Shown: piece by piece, positions 40,701-53,017 of the stretch | How positions within the stretch are numbered: the first letter of the stretch is position 1 | How the letters are laid out: each line of letters begins with the position of its first letter | From: the human T2T-CHM13v2.0 reference genome, Homo sapiens | Assembly (NCBI RefSeq): GCF_009914755.1 | Contig: NC_060944.1 | Length of the DNA stretch: 64,000 nt | Reading direction: 5' to 3' (one strand) | Position numbers and translations under genes: made by a program | Notes under the pieces: model-generated | The model's input: only the letters and a program-made list of their open reading frames with translations | Database searches by the model: none | Told to the model about the DNA's origin: nothing

Positions 40701-42664
40701 GGGTGAGGGCAGACACTGGAGAGATTTAACAGGAGAGGTGACCTGGTTTGCTACATTTTTTAAAAGGGTCAGTTGGGCTGAGGGAATTAGGTAATGTGAG
40801 TGAAGCATAGTAGGATGAAACCAAAGCTGTGTTGGTGACAGTGGGTGACCAGGTGGACCTGAGATGCAGATTCGTGCAGAGGTGTGTGCAGGGGTGAGTC
40901 ATCGAGAGGCTCTGAATGCCAGGCTAGGGAGTTGGCATTTTATCTTAGTAGATTTCAAGCACTGGCCTCAGAGTTCTCTCTTCAAATAGAACTTTACAAA
41001 AAAATAGCCAAAGGCAATACAAAACCTAAAGATGAACTTCCTGTGATGGAAAGTGAGACCCTGAGTGCAGCGTCACTGGAGGCTCTAAGATTCCTAAATG
41101 GAACCTCCTGGGTGGCTGAGGGCAAACCGTCAGCAAGGCATGTGACAAGCACAGCGAGCCAGTGAGGTTCCTCCCCTCCTCCAGGTAGGAAGCACCTGTA
41201 CCTGGATCAGGTGGGCAGAATGGAAAGTGTGAGGAAGGCAGGAAGAGCCGAAGTCAGTGTGCCTGTTGGCAGAGGTAGGGGCCAGGACAATGCCGATATT
41301 GACAGCAGTGAGAAGCCAGCACCCCCACATGGGGAGGTAGGCATGGGCAGCAAGGTCCCTTTAGAGGTAAAGGTGGAACACCTCTGTTGCTGGGCTCCCC
41401 AGGCTTTGGGTGTCCTCTGGGCCTGGTCTCATGGAGTAGTTCAGGCTGGAGACTCAAGACTGCAGAAGACGCTATGGCGAGGGGAGATCCACCTTTGTGT
41501 GGAGTTTGGCTACCAGTGATCTGTGCATTGAACTGAGAAACCACCTCCTGGACCCACGTTTCTTTTCACGTGAGCATTTTTGTGATGTGGTGGTAGACTG
41601 AGCCAGATTATGACCACAAATGATTGCTCAAGAGGCGATCTGTTAAATATTTAATGTGCAATCACAGTTGCTTGCTGTGGAGCTCCTTCTCCGTCTGAGA
41701 TGAGTAGGGTCTATTGGCGGGCAAGTTCCAATTTAGTAATGAGATCATTATAATCCTGACCTCCTCGGAAGGATCCTTCACACCAGAGCAAGCCACTTCT
41801 CTGAATTCTCTCCACCTCTTCCCAGCATGAATTTAGTTCTCACAACTCTCAAAGGAACTCCCATTTCCTGTTTCTCCCCTACTCCTGACCTCACTCTCAC
41901 TCCCCTTAGCAAAGTTGTTCTGTCCTTCCAGACTCCTTCACGATGGCTTCGCTTCATCTCACAAATGAGACGCTGAACACTGCTACTTCCACACACTGTG
42001 CTTTGTCCCTTCAGGGACAGAGCTGGGGCCTGGTTTCAGCTCATAAAGAGCTCACAGTCTTGTGCTGTTTCTTGGACCAACAGAGTCAGAAATAGCAGAG
42101 GTTCTTGTGAGCACATAGAATGTTCTGGAGCCCATCTCAGATCTTTAAATGAGACACTTTGGGGTCAGAGTCTGGCCTCCTCCTTTTACTACACAAGACC
42201 CCTGGCTTGGTTAGGGGTTCACCCTTACACCAAACTCCTAGAGTGGTTGATGGTTTCACCCTCTGTGGTGGTTGATCTTAGGTGTCACCTTGACTGCGCC
42301 TCTGGGTGCCCAGGTTAAACATTGCTTCTGGGTGGGTCTGTGAGAAGCCTTCCCAAAGAGATTAGCATTTGAGTTGCTGGACTCAGCACAGTAGATTGAC
42401 CTGCCCCACAGGGATGGGCATTACCCAATTTGTTGAGGGCCTGAATAGAACAAAAGATAGAGAAAGAAGGAATTCGCCTTTTTTCTTGACTCCCTGCTTG
42501 AGGTGGGACATCTCATCTCATCTTCTCCTGCTATCACAATAGGATTTACACCTCAGCTCCCCTGTGTCTCAGAGCTTTGAACTCCAATTATACCATGGGC
42601 TTTCCTGGGTCTCCAGCTTGCTAATGGCAGACTGTGGGACTTCTCAACCTCCATCACCACCTGA

Positions 42665-42987
<323 letters not shown>

Positions 42988-43023
42988 ACAAGTCAGTTTC
43001 TTATAGTAAATCTCCCCACACCC

Positions 43024-43074
<51 letters not shown>

Positions 43075-43228
43075 CACACACACACATATATGATATATAT
43101 ATACACACATATATAATATATATACATATATAATATATATATACACATATAATATACACATATATAATATATATACACATATATAATATATATATACACA
43201 CACATATATATAAGATATATATAATATC
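43024..43228. repeat. Compound (TG)n(TA)n(CA)n plus TA/CA-rich ~20-bp repeat
   Basis: Direct read. Confidence 0.97.
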
Positions 43229-43339
43229 TCCTATTGGTTCCGTTTCCCTGGAGAACCCTGACTAAACCACCTTCCTAGAGAATCTAGAAAGTAGACTTTG
43301 CAGGAACATTTTCTCCCTTTTGCTAGTTGTTTTGTCTTG

Positions 43340-43812
43340 TGTGAACCTGAAAGAGCCCATTCTCCGAAACAGCTCTTAAGCATCTAACTGGGCCTAGTTT
43401 CCAAATAGAGCCAAGCAGCCATTTGCTGACTAGAGGTCACACACATACTCTGTGTTCCAGGAAAGCACACACCCTTGCCATGTAACTTAGGGACATTCAA
43501 GGCTGTTTTTTCCTGTTCATGCCACCTGAATCAGTAGCTGTGGGAAAACCTTATTTTCCTCCTGGACCTGAGCAATAGACTGTGACAGCATCGGCCAATC
43601 AGAACTGAGCAGTTTACATCCCACAATTGCATAAGTGGCCCAGAGTGGGAGGCTGGGTAAGAGCTTTCTCTATCAAAGACAACCACTCTCTTGGTTCTCT
43701 CCGGGCCCACCTTTGTTTTGTACTGAAGGCTGCATCTCCCCAGTTTGCAAACTGCTTGTGCAAATAGAGTCTCTGTTAACCTAATGCTTCTTTCTCAGGT
43801 GTTTGGTTAACA
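43340..43812 (+). mobile_element. ERV1 solo LTR (MER89-like)
   Basis: TG...CA ends with 4-bp TSD CTTG; CTAACTGGGCCTA...ATAGAGCCAAGCAGCCATTTGCTGACTAGAGGTCACAC. Confidence 0.75.
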
Positions 43813-44089
43813 CTTGTACATGGTAGGCATTCTGTCTATATTTGTTGGGCAGATGTGTGCGTCGAAGTGGTTAAACTTTCCCAGCCAGAGTGGGCATCTC
43901 CTCTGGGGTAAGGAGTTGGTGACATGCAGGTACCTGAGGCCCTGCCATGGGTGCATGGGCTGTGATTGTCCATAGACCACGTTAACTTAAACTTCTGGTC
44001 TAACACATAGAGTGGGCATCTTCCTAGGAAACCCTGGAAAAGCAGCAGATAGGACTGGCTCTCAGCAGTGACGAAAAGCAATAAGAGGA

Positions 44090-44600
44090 CAAAATGTGGT
44101 ACTTTACACAATGGAGTACTATTCAGCCATAAAAAAGAATAAGAACCTGTCATTTGCAACAACAGGGATGGAATTGGAGGTCATCATCTTAAGTGAAATA
44201 AACCAGGCACAGAAAGACAAACATCACATGTTCTCACTTATTTGTGGGATCCAAAAATCCAAACAATTGAACTCATGGAGATAGAGGGTAGAAGGATGGA
44301 TACTAGAGGCTGGGAAGTGTTGCGGGGGTGAGGAGGACGGACATGGGGATGAATAAGACCTAGTGTTTGATAGTACAATAGGGTGAGTAGAGTCAACGAT
44401 AATTTAATTGTACATTTAAAAATAGCTAAGAATATAATTGGATTGTTTGTAACACAAAGGACAAATGCTTGAGGAGATGGATACTCCATTTTCCATAGTG
44501 TGATTATGGTGCATTGCATGCCTGTATCAAAACATCTCATGTTCCCCATAAATATATACACCTACTGTGTACCCATAAAAATGTAAAAAAATGATTAAAA
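44090..44600 (+). mobile_element. L1MA (1-3-like) 3' end
   Basis: ORF2 C-terminus YTMEYYSAIKKN...MELEVIILSEI (44096..44284) plus L1MA 3'UTR. Confidence 0.9.
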
Positions 44601-45823
44601 GTCTAGATATAATTTAAAAGAGGAAACTGTCTTTGTGTGGAGGCCAGCTGAAGACAGATACTGCATCAGGCACTTGGCAGCCTGGTTTCCAGTAGCTTCT
44701 CAACCCAGTGGAGTAGACTCTATGGCCCCATTTTGCAGATGAAGAATGGAGGTGCAGAGAAATCACAGCTCTAGCTTTGTCAGGAGGACCATAGAGGTCC
44801 AGGGGCTGGAGGTCTGAATATTTAATAGAGGGATTTGAATAACCATGGAAGTTAGCCTGGAGAGAGATTTAGGAGGCAGATAAGCCTAGTGTTCACTGTG
44901 GGGGCAGATGCCTTCCCCATCTGTGCAGACGATTGGCCCAAGTGGCCATGATGACATGGCTCCTACCTACTTCCTAATGGACCTCAGAGAATTAAACAGC
45001 GAGGACAACAGCGAGTGTTGTCTCTCAGACCCTTGGCTTTTTCAGGACTGCCTGACCTTTCTTTGTCCTTATTTGGCTTCAAGTCAAGTCAGCTCAACCC
45101 TGATTGAGCACCGGCAATGAGTCATGTCTGTGAAGGCGACACAGCCCCTGTCCTTGAGGAGCTTCGAGTCCAGTGACTGTCACTTCAGTGGAAGTTGGGC
45201 TGGACACAGTCACATGTGTATGCCAGACATGAGGCTTTGTTCTCATTACAATAATTGCCCTGCATTATTCTAGCAATTAAGCTTCTCCACGTGTGTGGAT
45301 GCATGTTCCCAATTTTTTCTGGCCTCTACCGAACACAATGTTAATATTTGAGAGCAGTCCTAAAAAATTAAATAATTATACAAACTGAATTAGGATAGCA
45401 TAATATTACCAATCAGAGTAATGTGGCTTTGTAATCCAGTGTGATGTCATATGAATCTACAAATTAGGAAGCATGTCAGAGGAGGAAACCACATCCTTTA
45501 TTGCTTTGCCTTAAATAGCTTAAAACTAATCTTTTCCATGAGCCAACAGCTATCTCTCATGTTTAATAATGCTCCTCCCTGCCCAGATGAAGCTAACTAA
45601 ATGATGTTGCCCCCTGCACCTGCAAATGCCTGGTGCCAGGGCAGGGACACAGGGAATGGCAGAAGGGGAGACCAGATGTTGGCTGAGGCATTGATTTATG
45701 GGCATGACCTTCCATGTGCCCCGAGGATGGCTGAGACCAGGGTTTGATGAATGCAGTGCTCTGTGTGAGAAGTTCTAAGGTGACAAGCAAAGATTCTATC
45801 CTCTGGAGGGGCAAGCCCTATTA

Positions 45824-45899
45824 TTAGGTTGGTGCAAAAGTAATCGCAGTTTATGCAGTTGTAATGGCAAAAACAGAAATTACTTTTGCACCAACCTAA
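45824..45899. mobile_element. MADE1 (Hsmar1 MITE)
   Basis: TA|TTAGGTTGGTGCAAAAGTAAT...ATTACTTTTGCACCAACCTAA|TA. Confidence 0.95.
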
Positions 45900-46858
45900 T
45901 ACCAGACAGAGGAGGTGCAAGTGCATGCCACCAGGGCAGGTGCAGGTGATGGGGGCAGAGAAAACTCAGATGTCTCCAATCTGTGCAGAGTAGGGAAACA
46001 GAAAAAGCTAAGTGAGGAAAGTGAGATTGCTATCACACAGATGCATGTCTTAGGTTTTCTGATTCCATTCCTCATGAATTTCATTAAGTAATCAAAGTGC
46101 TAAGCATGAAATGTGGGTATGCTGTCACCAGGTGGCAGCAGCATCCACTCTCCAAAATGCATTTTGTTCAAACCTAGTATGTGCTGGGTATTCTGAGCAC
46201 ATAGCAGAGACTAAGGCAAAGAGTCCCTGGCACTGTGGAGCTTAGAGGCTAATGAGGTGGCAGGTGCTTACACTTTAGAAACCGTTGTGAGGAATAGCTA
46301 GTGGTAGTTAAATGATACAGTGATAGTTAACAGAGAGGAAAGCTTTTCTCTCACTCCAAGCTATATTTTTATTATCACTATTAATATAAATAGAAAATAA
46401 ATATTAAAATAGTTATTAAATAAGCAAAAGATAATGTTGCATTTAGTTATACGATTAAGTAGAGGTTTTCAAATATTTTTTAGCTTTGTGCAACCGAAAT
46501 TATATGAGGAAGCAAAAACCACAAATACAGAAAATAAGAACTTTTCTGTTTGAACAGAAACGAGGACACTGGGGAGGCCCTTCCAATGCAGGCCAGACTT
46601 TTAGGGGCTCGACAGAACACAGCTGGAGAAACATCCACACCACACGCGGTTTCACCTGCCACACGGCAGCCCGGGTGCCCGGATCACTGTGTGTGGAGAC
46701 TCAGGCTCACCGGCAAACCTCTTCCGGTTCCGGTCAGGGTGCTGCCTCCCTATCCACTGGGAGTCCTTTTGCGTTTCAGATGCTCCCAGGCTCTCCCGCA
46801 GTTTAAAGACTTAACTCAGCGGCTTTCAGGGCCTGTGGTTGAGGGACTCCGAAAGAAC

Positions 46859-47418
46859 TGTTGCTGGTGGACCGGTTCAGGGTCTTGACTTCGCCACACA
46901 AAAGAACTTGAGAGCACGTCCAAAGTAAAGGTAAGCAAGGGAGTTGATCGCACAGCGAAAGCGCACTCTGCCAGCGGATCGGAGCGGCCGCTCAAAGGCG
47001 AGGCAGTGCTGGCCGACACTGGGGAAACCCCCTTTATGGGGGTCTTACATGATTATTCATGAAGGGCTGGGAAGGGGTGTTGCCGTGAAGCATGTTCTGG
47101 GCTGTCTCCTGGTGGCACATGTGCTGTGGTTGTGCATGCTAGTACACACATCGCATGTCTCGTTAGCATCGTAAATCTCCACCCAGTTCTTTAGTATTCT
47201 AATGAGCGCAGGTCAGCCCAAGGACACTCATCTTGGGTTTCTGCACTTGGATGAATTCGCGGATTTTTCCTTCGCTCTTTGACCTCCTCGCTAAAGGATG
47301 GTCTAACCACGAGCCTGGGATGCGGCTTGTGCACCGCAGGTGGCTTGTTCTCGCCATCTATTTAGCAAGTTTGCTCTCCTTTAAGTGAGGCTGTGACCAC
47401 CCTCTCTGACCTACCTCA
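46859..47418 (-). mobile_element. ERV1 solo LTR (subfamily uncertain), CpG-rich
   Basis: TG...CA termini with exact 4-bp TSD GAAC; minus strand starts TGAGGTAGG. Confidence 0.85.
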
Positions 47419-48745
47419 GAACCTGTTGCTTAGCTTCAGAAATCCAGCCTGGTGCTGGGCTGAGGTCAGCCTGAGGTCAAGCCATGCCCCTGAGACTTAA
47501 CTGCCCTTGGATACCAATTTTCAGCAACAGAAAAGAATGAAAATAAAGTTCACATGAGGGCTAGTGCTGCTGGCAATGAGAAGGTCCTGTGACTACTTTT
47601 ATTACCACTTCAACGATAAGGAGGTGACCTTTCATTCTCATTTCTCTCTCTCTAATATTTTGCATTCTCCAACTGTTATCTGTAAGAACATCTTAGCGCA
47701 TTTGAAAAGCAGGGAAAATATGTAATAAAAACCACAACCAACCACACCATCTTAATGATAGCACTATTATTTTGTAATTCCTTCCAGTATCTTTGCCCAA
47801 GGTTTATTACTTGTTGAGTATTTGCAATTGTCCTCAGTAAAATTCTGAGACATGATTTTTAATTTAACATACCTTAAGATTTTTGTTTGCAGGTGGCTGA
47901 ATTTCTTCAGAAAAATTATTTTAAGGGCTACTCAACACTGAGCAGTTAGTATTCATTCAGGTGGCCATTCTCTGATGCCTGTATTGCTTCCAGCTGTTGG
48001 GAAATGAACCCAGTGGAGAATATTGTTTTTCTTTTGCTAACAACAACATCCGTTAGGACAGATTTCCACATGTCTGATTGCTGGGCCGATGACACAAACA
48101 TCGACAATAGCGCTTCACGCGTGTTGACTGATGATTTCCAAAAGCTTATCTTCCCAGTAGGCAGTTTGCCAGATGCTTCCAGAAATAGATGAGAATGCCA
48201 ATTTCATCACACTGTTGCCAGCACTAGGTATGTCCACTACATTTTAATGCTAGTGTAATAGGCAAAGGGGACCTGCTGTCTGTTTCACCATTCATTTCTT
48301 TGCATGGTTGTCAGGTGGGACATTGCATTCTCCTGGAGAGGCCAGATCACTATGTCTCCCAGGAGGCCCTAGCAGAAGCTGCTCTGGTGTCCAGCTCCTG
48401 TGTGAAGCCTCCCTGGTCCCTGACTCTTGGAACAGACTTCTTTTCTGCCCTTTAAACACCCCTAACATCATGCGTGGTCCTTTGCTATGACACAGTTGTT
48501 CCCCATTCTGCATCGTCATGAGGCTGTCTACACCCTCTCTCTCTCCTGGGCAGGGCTCCGGCTCTGCAGGGGATGGGGACGTGTGTTACTCTGTTAGTCC
48601 CCTGCCTTGTCCAGCACAGCACTGTACATGCCACAGAGGCCCCACAGAGCTTGATCAAAAACTAACAATGATTAAACCAAAATTACGAATGGACAAAAAA
48701 TTTCCATCAAGAAACCTCAACATTTTAATGTTCATGAGGGGGGAA

Positions 48746-49217
48746 TGTAGGGTAAATGCACCTGATAGTAATAAGCATACCCTTAGAATGACCCTGTATG
48801 GCAGATGCGCCTAAATGTGTGTTCTGTGCTAGGGAATCCAGGAGTGGCCAACCCGGAGATTGATTCTGTGTCTATGATAAACATCTGAGCCCCTGGCCTG
48901 TTCTGTGGAACGTGGGCCGTTCACGGGATTGAGGCCCTGAGTTTGGGATTGGATGAAGGTTGCCAGGGCGAGGTTACCAGGAGGGTGTTAAGTGAAAATG
49001 GTATGTACATGACATGCTGTTCAGAAGAGGTTACAGTTTTCCTGCCCGGCCCGCCACCACTGGAGCATTTCTGTACATAAGGTGATTTCCCTGTTCAGCC
49101 CACCATCATTGAACACTCTCCCTGCACGTAAGCCCCTAATAAAACCCCATGGCTTGGTTGCTAGCTCTGGGTCTCTTCGGCCTTCCTATTGAGCTTAATA
49201 GGGGTTCAGCACAACCA
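48746..49217 (+). mobile_element. LTR47-like solo LTR
   Basis: TGTAGGGTAAATGCACCTGA...AGCATACCCTTAGAATGACCCTGTATGGCAGA; AATAAA near the end; TSD GGGAA/TGGAA. Confidence 0.75.
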
Positions 49218-49717
49218 TGGAACAAAGAACAACAAAAAAATTGGTGATCTTAGCTCTAGTTTTCTTTCCTCCCTGAATCACTTATGAAGGGAGTCATGTG
49301 GCCTTTCAGCCTTATCTCATTTGAAAACAGAGGCTGTAGGATCAAATCTCAGTCCCCTTAGTCCTATATTTAGGAGTCAAACTCTGACTTCTTCATGGGG
49401 CTGTCATCAGATGGCAAAGCACACAGGGCAAGGTGGAGCAGGAAGCTGCTGGACGCTCTGCCTTCCTTATCGAAATAGTGAGGTTACATGGGGAGAGCTG
49501 TGGTCCTGATTCACTTGAGTGTTTTTTAGGGACCTACTATGTGCCAAGCATTGAGCTGCCTCTGATAGTGAAGGTAGAATGTGATCAATAATAGCTGTGT
49601 TTAACAACACTGTTGTCTGAGCTACTTATGATGTTAGAGCTTGATGTCAGGAAAGCCAGGTGATCAGAGTTGCCATTCAGTATTTGGCCTCACTAGTAAT
49701 TTCTTCATTGTATAAAG

Positions 49718-49900
49718 CAGTGCTTCTCGTGCACTAGCAAGCATCAGCACACCTGGAAGACTCATTAAAACACAAATTTCTGGACCCACTCACTGAGTTC
49801 CTGCTTCAGTAGATCTGGGGTGAGAGCTGACAATTTGCATTTCTAACACATTTGCAGGTGATGTTGCTGGTCTGGGGAAACCACAATATGAGCGCCACTG
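49718..49900. mobile_element. MER5A (hAT-Charlie)
   Basis: CAGTGCTTCTC...TTCAGTAGATCTGGGGTG...AATTTGCATTTCTAACA...CCACTG. Confidence 0.88.
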
Positions 49901-49909
49901 CTGTCAATT

Positions 49910-50140
49910 GAAATAATAACAGTTCCCATATATAGGCGATTTACCTGTGCCAGGTGTTATGTGGACAGCTTTACTTGCTTTATGTCAATTCCAGAGAGAC
50001 TTACAAAGGAACTATTGATAGCTTTAATTTCTGAGATGAGGTATCTGAGAGTAAAAGCTGTGAAAACCCTGTTGAAGCTGGCACAGTGAGTGGGATTGGG
50101 GCTGAGCCCCCGTCTCTCTGGCTCCAGTCACATTGCTATC
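49910..50140 (-). mobile_element. MIR
   Basis: TTACCTGTGCCAGG...AGATGAGGTATCTGAG. Confidence 0.6.
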
Positions 50141-50394
50141 CATGCTTGGTGCACCCACTGACTTACCAAGCCACTCTACCTCCTTGGGGACCCTTCTCCC
50201 CATTTACCAATAAGTCACCTTCAGATAACACTGGGCACCCCCCAGGCAGTGCAGATGCCACCTAACAGAACATTCCCAGTTCCTCCTTCAAATTCTTGGG
50301 ATGTTGTTGCCTTCACCCCACTTCTCCATGTGCCATAATCACTCAATAAATTGTTCCTGTCATTTTAAATGTTTGCCTTTTAAATATCAATAAT

Positions 50395-52270
50395 CTTGTT
50401 TCAAGATTTTCTCTTAGTCTTTGGGTTTTCTGCAGTTTGAACATAATATACCTAAGGGTATGTGATTGTGGCTTTTGTTTATTTGTTGCTTGTTTTGTAT
50501 TTATCAGTTCTCTGGGTCTATCATTCATTTTGAAACGTTATTAGCCATTATTACTTTGAACACTCATGTGCTGTTCTCTCTTTTTCTGGTATTCTGATAA
50601 TACATACATAAAGCCTTTTGATGTTGTTCCACAGTTCTTAAGGATTCTATTGTTTTTTGTTAAATATGTTTTTCTCTTTGCATTTCAGTTTGGGAAGTTT
50701 CTGTTGCCATATGCTCAAGCTCACTGATTCTTTCCTTGGCTCTGTCTGGGCTACTGAAGAGCCCATCAAAGGCATTCATCATTTCTTTTGCAGTGATTTG
50801 ATTTTTTGTATTTCCTTTTGATTCTTTCCTAGTATTTTCATCACTCTGCTTATATTACTTATCTGTTGTTGCATGTTATCTAGTTTTTCACTGGAACCCT
50901 TAACATACTAACCACAGTATTTTAAATTATCTGGCTAATAATTCAGAGCAATAGGAACTGAGGTCAACAGGCCTTAGTGTGAGGATTTATGTTCATCTGG
51001 CTCAGAGTTGGGCTGTGTTCAATATTTGCTGTAGGTGCCAGAAGCCTCGCCTCTTGACCTTGAGTCCTGCTCTTCAGAGCCTCTGTCTGGAGCTGTTTCA
51101 ACTGTAATTCACTGCTGTTATACTGAAGCCCTGTTGTTGAGGTGGTAAATTGTAGGGGAAGGGGAGTGTCCTATAATCATCAAATTAAATCTCAGTCTTT
51201 CAGTGGGGCTCTGTGTCTGGCCTGTGACTTCACAAGTGTTTCCCCCAGCCTTAGGTGAGACTGGAAGGCTGGAGGGAGCTGCAGTAGAAAATGCCCTTCC
51301 CCAGGCTGGAATGAGGCTGAGAAGTCTTTCCCTTGGAGAGTGGACCTTCCAGGGGAAGGAGAAGGTCTGGTGTCTTTCATAAGGAATACTCTTCCTTTCC
51401 CTGCCAAAGCTGGGAGCAGCTCTTTCCAGGATCTTCACCATCAGAACCTGAAGGGCTCCTGGAGATAAAATCCATAAAAGTGTGAGGTCTCCCCAAGGCT
51501 GCAGTGACCAGTCTTACATTGCCTTCTTCAGTCTCACACATTCAGTTCATAGGAATGTGTCAACTTGATCATCTAAGTGTTCCTACCAGTTTATGTCTAC
51601 AGCGGCTTCTGCTCCAGAGAGGCAGAGTTCAGCTGTGATTCTCTGGACTCATCCAGAGATGGAGAGATTCCAGATTTCTGGGTAGTGACTTACCCTGTTA
51701 TCAAAAGGCAAACTTAAAACAAACTTAAAGGTCTTAATGGGCTTTTATTTTCAATTTGTCAACACCTCATTCTATAGAGTCCGTGTTCTAATGAGCTGAG
51801 CATAGGAAGTTGGCTTCATGGGCAGAAAGGGGCTGAAGAAAGCAGAAACAGAAAGCAGATTGGGCACTTTGAAGATATTTTCCTTGTAGGACTAAAACAA
51901 AGAGAACTTTCTTATTATGCTGACTGGTCATTTTGAAGATATTTTCCTTATGGGACTAAAACAAAGGAAACTTTCTTATGCTGACTCAGGTTAACCAGAA
52001 TCTCTCGTTTTTTAGGAAAACTGGTTCATTTCAAAGTTCAGTTTCATTAGGTAGCCCTCAGTACATTGACTCTGTTCTGGTCTGCCCAGGGCCTAGTGCA
52101 GGAGGCCAGTCCTAAACAATGGCCTCCCATGAGCTCTGTTTCACACTGTGAACTCAGTTCTCCAATAGGTTCAAGAAAGGTCATTGATTTTCAGTTTGTC
52201 CAACTTTTATTTGTTGGAAGGACTGGAGTGATGACTCTCAAGCTCTTTACATATAAACTTGAAACCTAAA
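50395..52270 (-). mobile_element. Old L1M 5'UTR/ORF1 region split by an LTR
   Basis: TTCAAGATTTTCTCTT..TCTTTGG.TTTTCTGCAGTTTGA; CAAGCTCACTGATTCTTTCC; resumes after 52145. Confidence 0.75.
51696..52145 (-). mobile_element. ERV1 solo LTR (MER31/MER67-like)
   Basis: Minus strand ATGGGAGGCCATTGTTTAGGACTGGCCTCCTGCACTAGGCCC; internal ~62-bp tandem duplication. Confidence 0.75.
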
Positions 52271-52459
52271 CTCTCTTCCTTATATGTAAAGGAAAAATGC
52301 CCCCTTTCATGAATATATCAACGTATGTCATCTGTCAACTCTTTGACATAATTTACACACTCAGATAAGCCCAATTTTTAGCATTTTCTAATTGAACAAG
52401 AGACTTATGGTTTTTTCCCAGGAAATGTTGTGTCCACTCTCCATTCCCTTGTAGGAGAT

Positions 52460-53017
52460 TTTTGTCGGGAAACAGGAGCCCAGGAGAGCCCAGGTGACAC
52501 CATTTTAGAATTAATGCCATCTTAAAACCAGCAAGGCGCATTCCTTGCCAATCACAACCCATGGTCATAAGATGTTTATGGCTAAGGAAGCAGTTTACAA
52601 TGACTGCAAGGACAAACTCCTATGACAACAAAATGTCCAGATGCCCCAATGTACATAAAAATATATGCCTTCAAGATACTTCTTATTATGCTTTGATGTA
52701 CATATGCACTAAAATGCCAAATACAGTTTTCTTTAAATCAGCAGAATAATAAATTTTGTCACGCTGTCAGCCCGTCTGCACATAGTCATAGCTTAGCTTA
52801 GCTTTTGCATAGATAAGACCGCTATGGAAGAAAAACTTAAAACAAGGATGATGTGTTCCTTCTCTCACTTTCTGAGGATCCCCACTCTGTAATTGGAGTA
52901 GCTTTCAATAAATGATCTCATTTTATTGTATTCTGTGACTCACCTTGAATTCCTTCCTGCACAAGATCCAAGAACCCTCCCTTGGGGTCTGGATTGGGAC
53001 TCCTTTTTCCAGTAACA
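52460..53017 (+). mobile_element. ERV1 solo LTR (MER41/MER66-related)
   Basis: 3' end AAGATCCAAGAACCCTCCCTTGGGGTCTGGATTGGGAC...GTAACA; AATAAA; TSD AGAT. Confidence 0.8.

Noticed and set aside
46460-46812. Possible hAT element (AGAGGTTTTCAAA...CAGTTTAAAGAC ends)
   Set aside because: Termini are too degenerate to support a call by eye
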